From positions 158,596,001 through 158,660,000 of the forward strand of contig OZ320313.1 in the NCBI GenBank assembly GCA_976226885.1: a DNA stretch of 64,000 nucleotides, in the 5' to 3' direction. Origin of the DNA: Iphione sp. A-MEVVRFRX5. Its lineage: Eukaryota. The notes under the pieces are model-generated. The model was not told the origin of the DNA and ran no database searches. It worked only from the letters and a program-made list of their open reading frames with translations. The position numbers and the translations under genes were made by a program. Below, piece by piece: positions 47,801 to 59,887 of the stretch (the first letter of the stretch is position 1; every line of letters starts with the position of its first letter).

Positions 47801-50800
47801 TGTCCCGCTCGAAAAGCACCTTTAACTTACAGTATCTGTTTCCTATGTTACATAAAGTCTACAACAGCTGGATTACATACCCCTTCTGCATGCGAAGCAT
47901 GGCATCACCGCATTTTTCTCTCAACTGTGAGTGCACACTCTCGTCAATGCGCATTGGATGAAGCACAAGACAAATGGCAAGCAGCTTGTACATCTGTTCG
48001 TTTTGCTTCTTAATCTGCAGTAGAACACAACAGGGAGTTCTAAGTCCGCATACTTTTACCCACTTTTGCTTTAAAAAAAACGGTAAAAGGAAACTACTCA
48101 CCCCATAAAAAAATTGTTATATTCAGTGTGCTACAGTTGCACCAGTCACCAAGAATGCTCATAGTTATCTAAGTGTATATGCCTACTTACTGTGTCATAC
48201 ATATAAGTCTTGCTCTCAAACATCTGCTTGGTACGTTGGATATAGAGGAGGATGTTAGAGAATGTGCGAATGGCATCTTGATAGCGCCGCATCATCATGT
48301 AGGCAAAGCCGACATAATAGTAGGTGGTGATCTGGCAGGCTGGCACGCGTGCATACATATTCTTGGTGTTTATGTTGATGTTCTCCAGCACCTATCATGA
48401 ACAAAATGTAAAACAGCCCCATGTAAAACGTTTCCCAGTCCAGTTAAACGTTGGTATATTAACATGTATTATGATGACACTCTCTCAGCTACTGTACATA
48501 GAGGGACCAGCTGCTACCCCCTCCTGATGGCACTTGCGGTTATGCTGCCCACATCCACAGGGAATCATGGCTACACTTCTCATCTCACCCCAGCCCCTCC
48601 CTATCGGGCCTGTTAACTATCAAGTAACTCTTTCTGTGCTCAACTAAGCAAACTCCTGCACATCCTACTCATCCCTATCTCCTCCCTTTCCGTCTATATG
48701 TGGCTTTCGGAAATGACAACTTCTGTACCTGGCTAAGTGATGAAAGACTTCCAAGGACTTCTTTCACTTCCACAATTCCTGCTAGCAGCAGAGGTCGGTC
48801 CCAAGAGCACCAGGTTTTGGACTGATCACTAACACTTTTTATCGTATACACCAACTTCACTGTGTTATCAGGTATCAAGTTATGAGTACATACGTGTACT
48901 TCTTAAAGCAAGACAACAATTTTCCTGCATATGGGACCACAACAGGCTCCTGATATGACAGGAGGACATTTTTTTCAGCTTGTACTGTCGCACAGGGGTC
49001 TACTTAACAGGATTACCTATTTACACCATCTAGAATGCGATGAAATGATCGCACGAGTGTGAACAGGCAAAGAGAAGACAAGAGTAGAAATATCTTGTCT
49101 GTGGGGAGAGGAAATGCATGGGAAGGACCTGACAACAAAAGAGGAGAAAGTATGAGAGAGGAGGGCAACCGGAAGGCGAGATGCCGAAATGCAGTAACTG
49201 TAATGTTGCAGGTCCCAGCTACATGATGTTGAGCAAACATACAAACAACGTGAACACCACCATGTTCAATTCAGACGTTGGGACAAAGACAAGTTTATTC
49301 ATCATTTAGGCAAGGTTAGCCTTCTGTTCCTCTGTCGATACGGAAAAATATTAGGGGCCCTATTTATTAGCTTGTCATCAAATCAGCTGTCACTGGTGGT
49401 CTAGTAACCTGTTCCCATCAACTGGCTGTTCAGCTAGCAATCACTGGTGATAATGCCAGCTTCTTCAGCCTGTAGCATGTTTGGCTCACTTTGCTCACAC
49501 ATTAAATATTGCTTCCTATAAACAATATGTCTCTACTGCTACCTGGAGGCAAACCCTTCTTTTCACTCCCATCAACTCCCACAGAGCCAGTCAGAGGAGG
49601 CGGAAAATAGACAGGAGGAAAAATCAGATTGCGGGACGCAAAACCAAGAGACAACTGAAGGTTGGGACAATTACAGGGGATGTGTTAAAGATGGACAACC
49701 TTAGGTTGAAGACGAAGATTGAGGCTGCTTACCTTGAGTGCCTGGTAATAGTCACCAAGTAGAGAGTGAAGCCGAAGCAGACCAACAAGGCTGAAGTAGC
49801 CAAGCATCTTGTACAGTGACTGACTGCCAAATTCTCCTGCAACACTGTCGGGGTCACCTGGAAATTGGGCATAAAATACCAGTCACACTGACAGATAAGA
49901 AAATCACTGTGAAAACTACTCAACATGTACACACCTATGTTTAGTATAGATGATATAATACACGCAACTTTTCAAAATGATGATAGCCTGAAGTTGACCT
50001 TAACTTTCCACAACTTACTTCATGTTCATGAAATTTGACCACACATAAAACTGACTTTCAAATACTACGTTCCCTGTATAAAACCAACTTTCGAATACAA
50101 CAATCTTCGCATATATCAACTTCGAAGTGCCGCAGAGTTCTAGAAATATAATAGGAAATCTGCTGTGTACTTACCACCGCTGGTATAGACCTCCAATTGT
50201 TCGTTGATGTTCGATTTGTCAACTAAGGAATGGAGCACGTTCAGTACAGAGTGAACGTTCCAGATCTGAAACGAGGAGCATCAGTTATTCATCACAAGGA
50301 AGAATGGGTAGGTAAGATTAATTTGAACTTAAGATACTAATATCGTCGTGAAGAACGATTCAAAAATACAGTCTTATCAAATAGATAAATTGTCCCGATT
50401 TTAATCTCAACTACCAAGGAAAACATGGAGACTAAAACAGAATGTGTAGTCTTCGTTGATGTTGACTGTAGACTTTACTTTTATGACTGGCCGAAGTAAA
50501 GTTGCCAATATCTACAAGAACTGTTACCAACTGCAGGTCAATCCGAGTCCTTGCATTTAGTGTATTAAGTGTATAAACTATAACGCTGCAGAATAGAACT
50601 AACTTACCTTTGGATTACGTCGCAGAGTTTCAATCTCCATCTCCGACTTTTTACTCAGTTTACACCGGTACTGGCTGAAGGACTGGAACTGTGACAGACA
50701 CATACCAAGAAAATTAGTGGGTTACACAAACTTACAGTGAAGTGTGACCTTGACTTTGTACCACTAGCAGGGAGACACCTAGTGTCCTATGCTGGTACTA

Positions 50801-53266
50801 AAGTTGAGTATTATGTACACATAGTCTCACTCTGCAAGCAGGTGCATGACAAGCAATGTAACCAACGACTCTTGACTCTTCATACAAATGGAAAACCCAC
50901 AAAAATTCATATCCCTAGTAGTGGAATACATGTAGATTTCAAACACCGTGGGATATTGAACCTGGAAAGGACCTAAATATACAGATTTAAATCTACGTGG
51001 TCTTGAGCTACATAGCTAACCTCGAGGTGGAGAACAGAATAACAAAAACTTGCCAAAGAGATGCATGCTCCAAGTGGAAGCCTGAGACTATTTAAGGAGG
51101 AAGTTCAAGGCTCACAAGATAGTTGTACTTCGCACCTCATGCTGTACTTTGAATTAAGTTCTTTTCGAATGGAATAACAGTTGCTAGAATTCTCGTCCCG
51201 AGGGAAGTCATTCCTACCAGCTTCTACAGTATGACTGGTTCTTGGTTTAACCAGGAACCAAGAGACAACGCTCGTGAGTATGTGATCCCGACTAATTGCA
51301 TAGCAACGATTCTACCAAATTTGTTCCACAGTATTGTATGAGGGGTTGTGTAAAGCGAGGATCATCCATTGTTTAATGTGAATTGAGTAGTGCTGCAGCA
51401 TTCACCACTGTCCCCCCATATATCCCATTCTAGCTTCTACAAGCTTTTAAAGTGGGTGGGTGTTATTAAACGATATGCAAGGATCTGGTCTACCTTAAGT
51501 AATATCAATGCTCATGGATGATTCTCCCTCCCCTTGTCTCAACCGACCATTTTGACAGCATGATTTATCCGACTAACGACATGCATCTGTGCGAGCTGTT
51601 TGTATGCCACTAAATCATCCGGACAACCATCATCCACATCGACTACACTAACCATACACAGCAGGATCGCTGCATGGAATTCATTCTGTAACAGTTCTAT
51701 TATAAAATATCCACCTCAGTTTGACCACTGAACTTCACACAAGTCATACACTAACCCTCTAAAAAATGATGCCTTGACATATTACTTGCAATGATTATCT
51801 CGAATGGTGCAGCTTCACTGACAGAAACAACCTATAGAAGATAGGAGTATATTCCTCTCCATGAGAGCTTTTTGAGGAGGCACTCATGTGAGGGCAGAAT
51901 AGACGCAAAACGGTGAGGATAATACAGACCTGGTAGATGAATTCATCAATGATATCCCAGAGCCACTGGTTGGGCAGCTCCAGCGGGACTGGCTCCCCAG
52001 CACCTTGAAAACATAAAAATCAATATACTAAGTTGAATGGTCAAAGTTCTGGAACACCTGAAAAATCTAAGCTAGAAGAACTGTTGAATTTACGTGCAGG
52101 CATGGGCGCAAAGGTTTATCTCATGGCTGCGATTTCATTGCGGATCAAATCTGTTTGCCACTGGAAACGATACCTGACCCCATCTTCTGGTTTAAAACGA
52201 TCAAGTACGATAACCAGTTGTATTTGTAGCTTGGAGCTGCATTATGGACGTTTTGCGACCTCAGCAAGCTCACCACCCCTTATCCAATGCTTGGCGAGCA
52301 AATAACCCCCAGTCCCAAGCCTCGGCAAGTTCACATACTGTGTCCAACTCACCTTGTTCCCTCCCACTAGAGACTGTCATTTATCAAGACATGTCCATCA
52401 GGAGCAGGGTACACCCTTACAATAACAACCTAACAAGCCGGGAAGGGCACGGGTGGCGAGCGATCAGCCTTAACGTGCTCTCGGCACTGACCCCCTCCTA
52501 TGTAGCCATCCAACTGTGTGGCTGGATGTGAGTTTATTTCCCTTTAGAGTTCTCACTCGAGGAGGTATATCCTCTTAACATAGGAAAATGATATGGCAGA
52601 CACATTGAAATCAAACCTGCATGCATATTCATTACCAACATTGTAAATGCAAAATACATAAAACTTAATGGTTTCGAATCTAATTACTTCAAGAGAGAAT
52701 TTTGCTTAACTTACTCAGGATGTAGTTGAATAAGTTGCAGTAGTTGTAGTATGACTCAAAGCGCTGTTCCAAAGTGGGGCCATTCTGTATTTAAAAAAAA
52801 AAGGTGGCAATGGGGTAAGTCAGCAGGACAATATCCTTAAAACGTGATGTTTCTTTAACCCTTTAAATTAAGGCGTTAACATTCATTTCTAGACTAGACG
52901 AACAAATGTAAGTATATGGTTTTCCCACCGAACAAACTGACAGCAAAGGGACAGAAAACAGAAAACTTACTTGAACCAGGGCATAGACATGGCGATAGTA
53001 CAACTCTTTATAAAGAATCAAGAACAGATGGTCTGAAAAAGAAGAACCGTTAACTAGTGTGAAAAGATTGCATTATGATACATCAAAATTAGAATAATAA
53101 TATGTTCTATTCAATTCCGTACGGTTTCTCAGCCATGTTAACGAGACATTCAGTTGATCATACTGAGTTCTCATGCATTTTTATAAAGAACAGCTGTTAA
53201 AAGATGAGAAGTTAAAAATCTATGACAGCGATTAAAATCAGCTGAACAAAGGGTGCTTTCACTTCA

Positions 53267-53304
<38 letters not shown>

Positions 53305-54883
53305 CAGACATACCATTGTCAACAATGGGTGCCACATGGTCAGCCTCGGGCCAAGAGGAACTTTTGAAAAACCGCTCTGTCAGTGTGTTGAACCTGTTAA
53401 TACATTTATAACAAGGTATTTCTTTAGCACACGAATAAGACCATGTCATCTTTCATTCAGAATATGAAGTTACACGATGCAGATCTCTACAAAAAGGTTA
53501 AAGCAATAAAGCTGGGAAGATGTGTGTGGGTTGTTATTTGTATTTATATTTGACATATACGAAAAACATATGAAGAATGCAATTTAGTTTATATCTTCTT
53601 ACCTGTCAAAGTCTGAGACCACCCACACACTTCATTTCGTTTAAAACCATTGTAATCAGACAACCACCTATCCTTCTGGAAGTATAACGTACCCATTTTC
53701 GTAAGCATCTTGGATATTATAGAGATTTCGGTCATCTATGCACTTTTGAAAGTAGGCAAGGAACTCCCTGATCACCTCTGGTACAATATATGGCTGAGAG
53801 AAGCGCTGCTCATATTCTTTATCCTTTTGTGGGTCACCTGAGAAAATAGCAATATTAAGGTCTGAGTAACACTGTAGCCTATTCAAAGTAAACCGTCAAA
53901 GCAACACCGGACAAAAAGTTAGGGCAGTCTGTTACAGTCTGGTGTCAATGATTTGAGCCTAGAGACAACCCGAAATTGCTAAGTAAAAAAACTCTGCAAA
54001 TGAGGCGATAGAATCGTGGTTGGAGGTGGAATATTATCAAGAATATAATAAACAGACAACTACAGGCATTTTTATTGGAAAGATTGGTGACCGTATTGTC
54101 GAACATCTACTCTCTACTGTTATTATACTTTCATGCCGACTCGGGCTGATCAGGGCTGATTTACACAGATAAACATGATGTTAATTTCCAAATATATAAT
54201 AAAACACATTAATACTATGGGGTTATAGGTCATTCCTTGTCATCAGAGACATAATCGTCTGACTGAGCTGACCAGTGGTGTATATAACTGATGGATTATA
54301 CCAAGTGGTCTGGAGAGATGTGTAACATACTTACCAGTATGACCATAATCTCGATAATAAGGGTCGTACTGAAACACAGAAAACACTAGTTCAAAAGGAG
54401 CAAGGCTCAGGACATTTTGTCATATTCTGAAAAGCTTTTCACATCTTGTAAAAGAGAATGAGACAATAAACATCATTATTACTATTATTACTATTATAAT
54501 AATAATTATCATTATTCCATTCCTGAATGTCTACAGCAACTACCACACGGACTAGTACATCCTACTTCATATAAGATGGGGAATGTGCTAGTTGGTCACT
54601 GCCAGCTGCAGTCTTACTTGGATGTTTTCATGCGTACTCTTTTCTCAGTATATTACAGCATGTGCGTCACTGAGACTGCCTGAAATATCCGGACAGTTCA
54701 GTTGGGATGCTTTTCACACACAGCCCATGTGCTTTCATATTTTGGCTAATGTTTTTCTTTTGTTGGGTTGTTTTACCTACTCATCCACCGGTAGCCTCAT
54801 TCAACCCATAAACATGCTGAGACTTCTCTGGGGATCGACTACTATCGGGAAACTTTGTTAATATGAAGTATAAATACACATCA

Positions 54884-54966
<83 letters not shown>

Positions 54967-56586
54967 AGACTTGTAACCATTTCAAAATGATTGTGGAGAA
55001 TATTCCTGTAAAAGCGGTGTTCACAGTGTGTCAAGTAGCTTAAAAGAGCAGAACAGCTTCAAGCCAGTCCTTTTTTGAGAACAACTCTCGCTTATATATA
55101 TGTCTGTTTTGTCGCAATATTTCATCCATCAAGTTACCATAACTTCGCTTGCAAAAATAAAACAGCTTATTTGTATTAAAATTTCATGTAGTCTTAATTA
55201 TGTGGCATGTCACTGCAAAATGGAGGTCCTGTGAAGTGGACTTAGAATGGAGCGCGGACAAGGTTATATGTATTACTGCCTGTCTATAGCAAAATTCTTC
55301 CAGCCTGCTAAAGAACTCTTTGGTTCATGAAAATATGGAGAATTTTACCGGACGTTGGGCTAAGGATGTGTTTTAATTCATGACAACTGCACATGGATAC
55401 CATGTGGTCACACCTTGTCTAAGTACGATTTGAGACCTCTTTTATCCAGGCGATTTAAGCAGCTTTTCATCCAGCCGGGAAGTTCCTGCTAACACTGTGG
55501 GGGTGGTGGTGGCGATGGTGGGGTACAGCCTACAGGAGCAGGGGGACATTACATTTCTCTCACAGACAAATGGCAGTGCCAATACAATAAAAGACAATAC
55601 TTAATCTGTTGATAAGAATAATTAAAGCAGGACGAAATCGACTGACCATGAGTCCATGCTGGGCTACGAGATAAAAAGTCACTGTGGATGAAATTTTTTT
55701 TTTAAAATGTAGGGTGGGTGGGTGGTACCAGAACATTACATAGAACATCACAGACCAAAGAACTACATAATGTGAACAATAATTTATTTTGGCCATTGTG
55801 CATAACATTTTGGCAGTGACTAGAGCAGTGGCCGTTGTGTGTAATCCTGGCCCGTTGTGCAGATAGCCGAGTCATGTACGGCTGTCTAGGGGAATGCCAG
55901 ATGTGTCAGCCGCTGACAGACTGGGCCGCCGACTGACACTCAACTAGGCTCCCTCTCCTGGTTCAGCACAATGGGCCAATCTTTCACAGAACACCCACCA
56001 CTCTAGTTAACCAAGTCAAGCTGCTACCAGCTAGGGCACCTAACGACCGGCACCTAAAATCTGCGGCACCTAACGACTATAAGCCAGGGAGACATGAAGA
56101 AAGAAATGACATAAGCCCATCCCCAAATTCAATCGCATCATAAACATTACAGCCACCGTCACAATCAGTTTGAGTATGGCGGACTTACGGTCCATAACCA
56201 GATGCTTCCCGCTTTGAACACAAAACCTCCAGGATAGGTAGCCATTATTTCTGGAGATGCTGGAACACAGGTTACTTGAAAATATGTTGACAGTTGTGAG
56301 ATCAACCAAAAAGTCATCACTAATCAGTCGGCAGCCCTGGGGTTAAGAATACTATAAATAACCCGCAGTGCCTTGCCACCCTAAGAGAAAAGGGGGAAGC
56401 TGAAGACTTCCACTTGATGGCTCCTTGAGCAGGCCCACGAGTAAATTGACATATGGAACTACATTGGACTTCTAAATACGACAGATATTTGACATGATGT
56501 CACCCCATCTACAGGTATTACTCAAAACTATCCAATACAGGTACCTCGTCAGAGTAGGTTGGCTCACTATCACGCCAACTTGACAT
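44889..56586 (-). CDS. EIF3L: Eukaryotic translation initiation factor 3 subunit L, 537 aa, 19 coding exons: 56545-56586, 54335-54368, 53693-53837, 53314-53393, 52971-53032, 52715-52784, 51930-52003, 50608-50688, 50175-50265, 49733-49857, 48191-48391, 47881-48014, 47072-47171, 46693-46766, 46466-46523, 46208-46246, 45691-45783, 45091-45171, 44889-44918
   Basis: Spliced translation matches eIF3L throughout ([119 protein letters not shown]). All introns are GT-AG; 1614 nt total. First exon ([14 protein letters not shown]) is less certain. Confidence 0.96.
45260..45656. repeat. Near-perfect tandem duplication of a ~200-bp intronic segment that includes a MITE left end
   Basis: 45260-45459 is repeated at 45460-45656, differing only in (AT)n length. 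Each copy has TA|CAGTATAACCTCTATTTCCGACC.., related to the 35137 MITE end. Confidence 0.92.
47236..47490. mobile_element. Degenerate MITE of the same ..TATTTCCGACC family in EIF3L intron 12
   Basis: Right end GGTCGGAAATAAGATTCGACTG|TA (47469-47492); partial left end CGAATCTCTATT near 47240. Confidence 0.5.
50720..50805. mobile_element. Ends-only miniature derivative of the DIRS1 element in EIF3L intron 7
   Basis: 50735-50763 matches DIRS end 36983-37011 at 27/29 nt; 50772-50805 matches the other end 41640-41675 and ICR 37243-37276. Confidence 0.72.
53272..53302. repeat. (TA)n microsatellite
   Basis: About 15 TA units in EIF3L intron 4. Confidence 0.95.
54890..54965. repeat. (AG)n microsatellite
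   Basis: About 38 uninterrupted AG units in EIF3L intron 1. Confidence 0.97.
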
Positions 56587-56659
56587 CTTGGGGCCGTTCA
56601 CTTTGAGAGACCGTGTTGATTTGAAACTTTTTCCTTTCAAGCCACTCTGCACGCCGGTT

Positions 56660-56855
56660 CACACTCAATATGGCGCCCACAGGAACAGGAAACCGGAAAT
56701 GCAATGTAAAAGTATGAGAACAACCCCGTTGCACCAGAGACGCGAAAATAGTATGGACCCGCAACTCTCGGCGCTACAACGTTGTGCCTATGACGTGAAC
56801 TAGATATTTACAGAGGGCGCCACTGTACCCAGCATAACTCACTTCCTGTTTCTAG
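56660..56855 (-). promoter_or_regulatory. Putative EIF3L promoter region
   Basis: CpG-enriched stretch 80-270 nt upstream of the ATG with ETS-like (CCGGAA, CACTTCCTG) and YY1-like (ATGGCG) words. Confidence 0.45.
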
Positions 56856-57329
56856 ACAGCAAGTCTAGTTAGCAAAGAACAAACACTGATTTCTTGAAAG
56901 TTCCTACATGTAAAAATCTGTAAGTCTGCACAAAGGTAGATATGCATAAGTTTATTCTCACATGTCAATGATTTCTTTGTAGGTGTCGTATTTTTATTTT
57001 GGCGATGCTTAGAACACTGGCTCTGTTAGCAGAACTGTTGACACATCTCACCTTGGGTACTTTCCCCAGACTTTGAAGGGAGGCACTGGTGACTTATAAT
57101 GGTCTGATTTTGATGCAACAACCATCAAATGAAAGCTTATTTTGTGAGGAAGACAGTGGTGTAAAGAAATAGTCTGTAGGTTGAGTGGTTGCTGAGATAT
57201 TAGCCCTTGAAAGGTCCGTCGCGGCAAAAATTACGCGATTCGCGAGTGAGTGTTATGATCGCTACTTGTGGATTCGCCTGGCCTGGAGGTGAAACTCCTG
57301 GCTTTGATGGGGCTAGGTGCCTGTGCACT

Positions 57330-58395
57330 TACATGTATGTATAGGCCGACCCAGAATAATGTTTCCAGATATATCATGTAGCATTACACATGTATTAGTC
57401 AGTCTCACATTCAAGTATAGTATAGGGCTAGTTAATGTAGTAAGTACAACATATGCATTACTACCTGTAGTCCTACCTATATTAGTGTGCATATAATGTT
57501 ATTGTGTCCTACCAAAAATGGTATGTCTAGATGTATTATGTATAACACATGTATTACTCAGTCTCACTCTCAGGTGTAGGGTAGGAGGGATACTGTTTAC
57601 ACCATTCACTACCAACCAAGTCTCTTCCTACACATACATACATGTTCCTCACCACTGAATACTCTACTCCTACCTACACGTACATGCCTACATACTTGCA
57701 TACGTGCATCCACACACTGCCCTTACATGCACTGACAATGCTCAGTCTCTACTACATAGCACCCATTACCTTCTGTCTCTACATTCAGCATGCATTACCT
57801 ACAAACCCTACCTTCTGACTTTCTGTATATTTTGTATTAATTAGCACCTCACATGCATTGCTCCTTGAAATACTACCTATGATTGTTTTGACTACCTATA
57901 ATAATGTGTAGTACACATATCTCAGTCTGACTCACAGGCATAGGATAGGGTCATTTATATGTTATACTACCACATATGCATCACCATATGTAGTCCTTCC
58001 CATTAGTAAGATGTATCTAGATATATTATGTAGTATTATGAGTTCACCGCCGAAGCATTATCAAAATGAAAAATGTCCACAGGTAAATCCAATTTGAGAT
58101 TTTTATTCAATGAAGTCAGCAAGGTAACTGCCATCAGGCAACAAAACCAACAGGTATGTATAAACTTTGTACACTCTGCAGTAATAGGTTCACATAGCAA
58201 CCATGCCCCCACCTTTGACATGACCTTGAGCAAGGCCCTTCCCTTCCCTCTGTACTTGGCAATCCCATCTCATCCAACAGTGACTGTCCTACTCCAGGTG
58301 TAATATGTCATATATGCATTACTACCTGTAGTCCTACCCATTATTATGATGTGCCTAGATATATTATTATATGCTATGTCTCTGTCTCACTCCAG
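57330..58395 (-). repeat. Diverged copies of the ~122-bp satellite, inverted relative to the 61.6-62.4 kb array
   Basis: CATATGCATTACTACCTGTAGTCCTAC and CTCAGTCTCACTCTCAGGTGTAGG are reverse complements of the right-hand unit. Confidence 0.75.
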
Positions 58396-58396
58396 G

Positions 58397-58570
58397 TGCC
58401 TAGCTCACCAAAACTGCTGCATCACCAGCCAGGAGATTCAGACTGCGCTCAGGCTGCTGCTGCCACCCAGGGAACTGCCCAAACATGCTGCCAGACAAAG
58501 CCACCACCAAGTACACCAACTCCAAGTGGGCACTGAGCTCACAATAAAACAGCCCTTGTCAGGGCTCCAC
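58397..58570 (+). pseudogene. H2B (pseudo): Histone H2B 3' fragment (orphon) with 3' stem-loop
   Basis: LAHQN..ITSQEIQTALRLLLP..ELPKHA then frameshifted KATTKYTNSK versus H2B [38 protein letters not shown]. Stem-loop AGCCCT-TGTC-AGGGCT at 58551-58566. Confidence 0.88.
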
Positions 58571-58861
58571 TCTCACCTGAGAGTTTGAGATCAGAAAATG
58601 ACGCAAATTTGCATTTTTTGGGGGGGGCTATACTTATAGATCTTTTTACCCACAACACAGTGGTACCATCTATTTGTCAGAATCATACCCACTTCATAAA
58701 AATAATTTATTTTTGTTGCATCCAGCTGTGACTACTTAGATACAGTAAAACCCCAGAACTGGGGACACCCTTGGTTCCCATCAAAAGTGGCTCTATTTAG
58801 GGGGTGGCCCCATTTCTGAGAGAGTAGTGGACACGATATGAAGCTGTAACCTAATATATAC

Positions 58862-59340
58862 TGTAACACAGTACAAGTATGAGTTAAGATTGTATGCATG
58901 TGAAAAGGGCGTACTGTGTTTGTATAGTGTACAGATATACGCAGTTTAAGAAGGGCCTTTTACTGGAAACGCAGTTAGAAATTTTTCGCTTGGTGTACGT
59001 GACGCCTAACTTTTAAACAGGTTGTTCCTTATCTTGTTAACGAAGTGACCATTACAATTAACGAGGTATTATCAGTAGGAGCATGTGATACTGTAGCCGG
59101 TTGGAGTCGACACAATGGGTGATCAATCGTGTGCTGTCTAACGAGACTTCCGCTGTTGATAGCACCGCGGGCCTTGCATACATTCGTTAGCATTGTTTAC
59201 GTCACTAGATGGTATATAAGGATTGAATTGCGCGTCCCTAGTCGGGATCCGCCAGAGACGACCGTGTGACCTGTGATGCTGTGCTTCAGAAATAAAGGCC
59301 GGACGATTTGAAGAACCTGCTCGTGGTGTCTTTTGTTACA
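58862..59340 (+). mobile_element. Solo LTR (479 bp), probably Ty3/Gypsy
   Basis: TGTAACA..TGTTACA termini, 4-bp TSD ATAC (58858-58861 / 59341-59344), TATATAA 59213-59219, AATAAA 59291-59296. Confidence 0.85.
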
Positions 59341-59479
59341 ATACATGTTATCATGCTTGATTCAACTGTTGGTGCACCAATTCGAAAAAGAAAATATGTA
59401 TACATGAACACTGGACCACAGTTATGAAATTCATTAATTTATTGACAATTGTTAACTTAAGTAAATCAATACATTTGAG

Positions 59480-59700
59480 GGTGACAGGAGGATGGGCAAG
59501 GCTGGAGGCACCTGATGAAGTGTGGGGACTTTTGTGAGCAACAGGAGGACAACCAAGGCTCTGGGGAGCCCCTGATAAGGTGTCGGGACTTTAAGGAGCT
59601 TCAGGATGGTGACTAGGGACATAGGGAACACCTGACGAGGTGTAGCGACATGTAAGAGCAACAGGAGGACAGGAAGAGGGGCCAGGCTCTTCCTTAGATC
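59480..59700. repeat. Degenerate 60-bp tandem repeat x3.5
   Basis: ..CAGGAGGA..C(A/C)CCTGA(T/C)(G/A)A(A/G)GTGT..GAC..GAGC recurs with 60-bp period. Confidence 0.7.
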
Positions 59701-59780
59701 TACCAACCCATCAGGATTGTATGAGGAACAGACCAGGAGGGGTATCTGCAGCTTCTACCTATGCATACAGGCATACTAAG

Positions 59781-59887
59781 AGAATACGCAGTTTGGGTGC
59801 CGATCCAAACGGCCGTACGAGTTGATTATGGGAAAATATTTTGAATGAGGCCACACCGTTTGGATCGGCACCCAAACTGCATATTCT
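59781..59887. mobile_element. Short palindromic element (32-bp arms, 43-bp spacer), likely a hairpin MITE
   Basis: AGAATACGCAGTTTGGGTGCCGATCCAAACGG (59781-59812) versus 59856-59887: reverse complement with 1 mismatch. Confidence 0.7.

Noticed and set aside
49271-49380. Intronic box C/D snoRNA in EIF3L (TGATGA and CTGA on -)
   Set aside because: The best C-D spacing is only about 35 nt, there is no terminal stem and no recognised rRNA guide; no snoscan/Infernal run was possible.
59480-59700. Tandem hammerhead ribozymes (CTGAnGA in each unit)
   Set aside because: No GAAA core after a stem II; the motif sits inside a simple ACACCT-gacg-AGGTGT hairpin.
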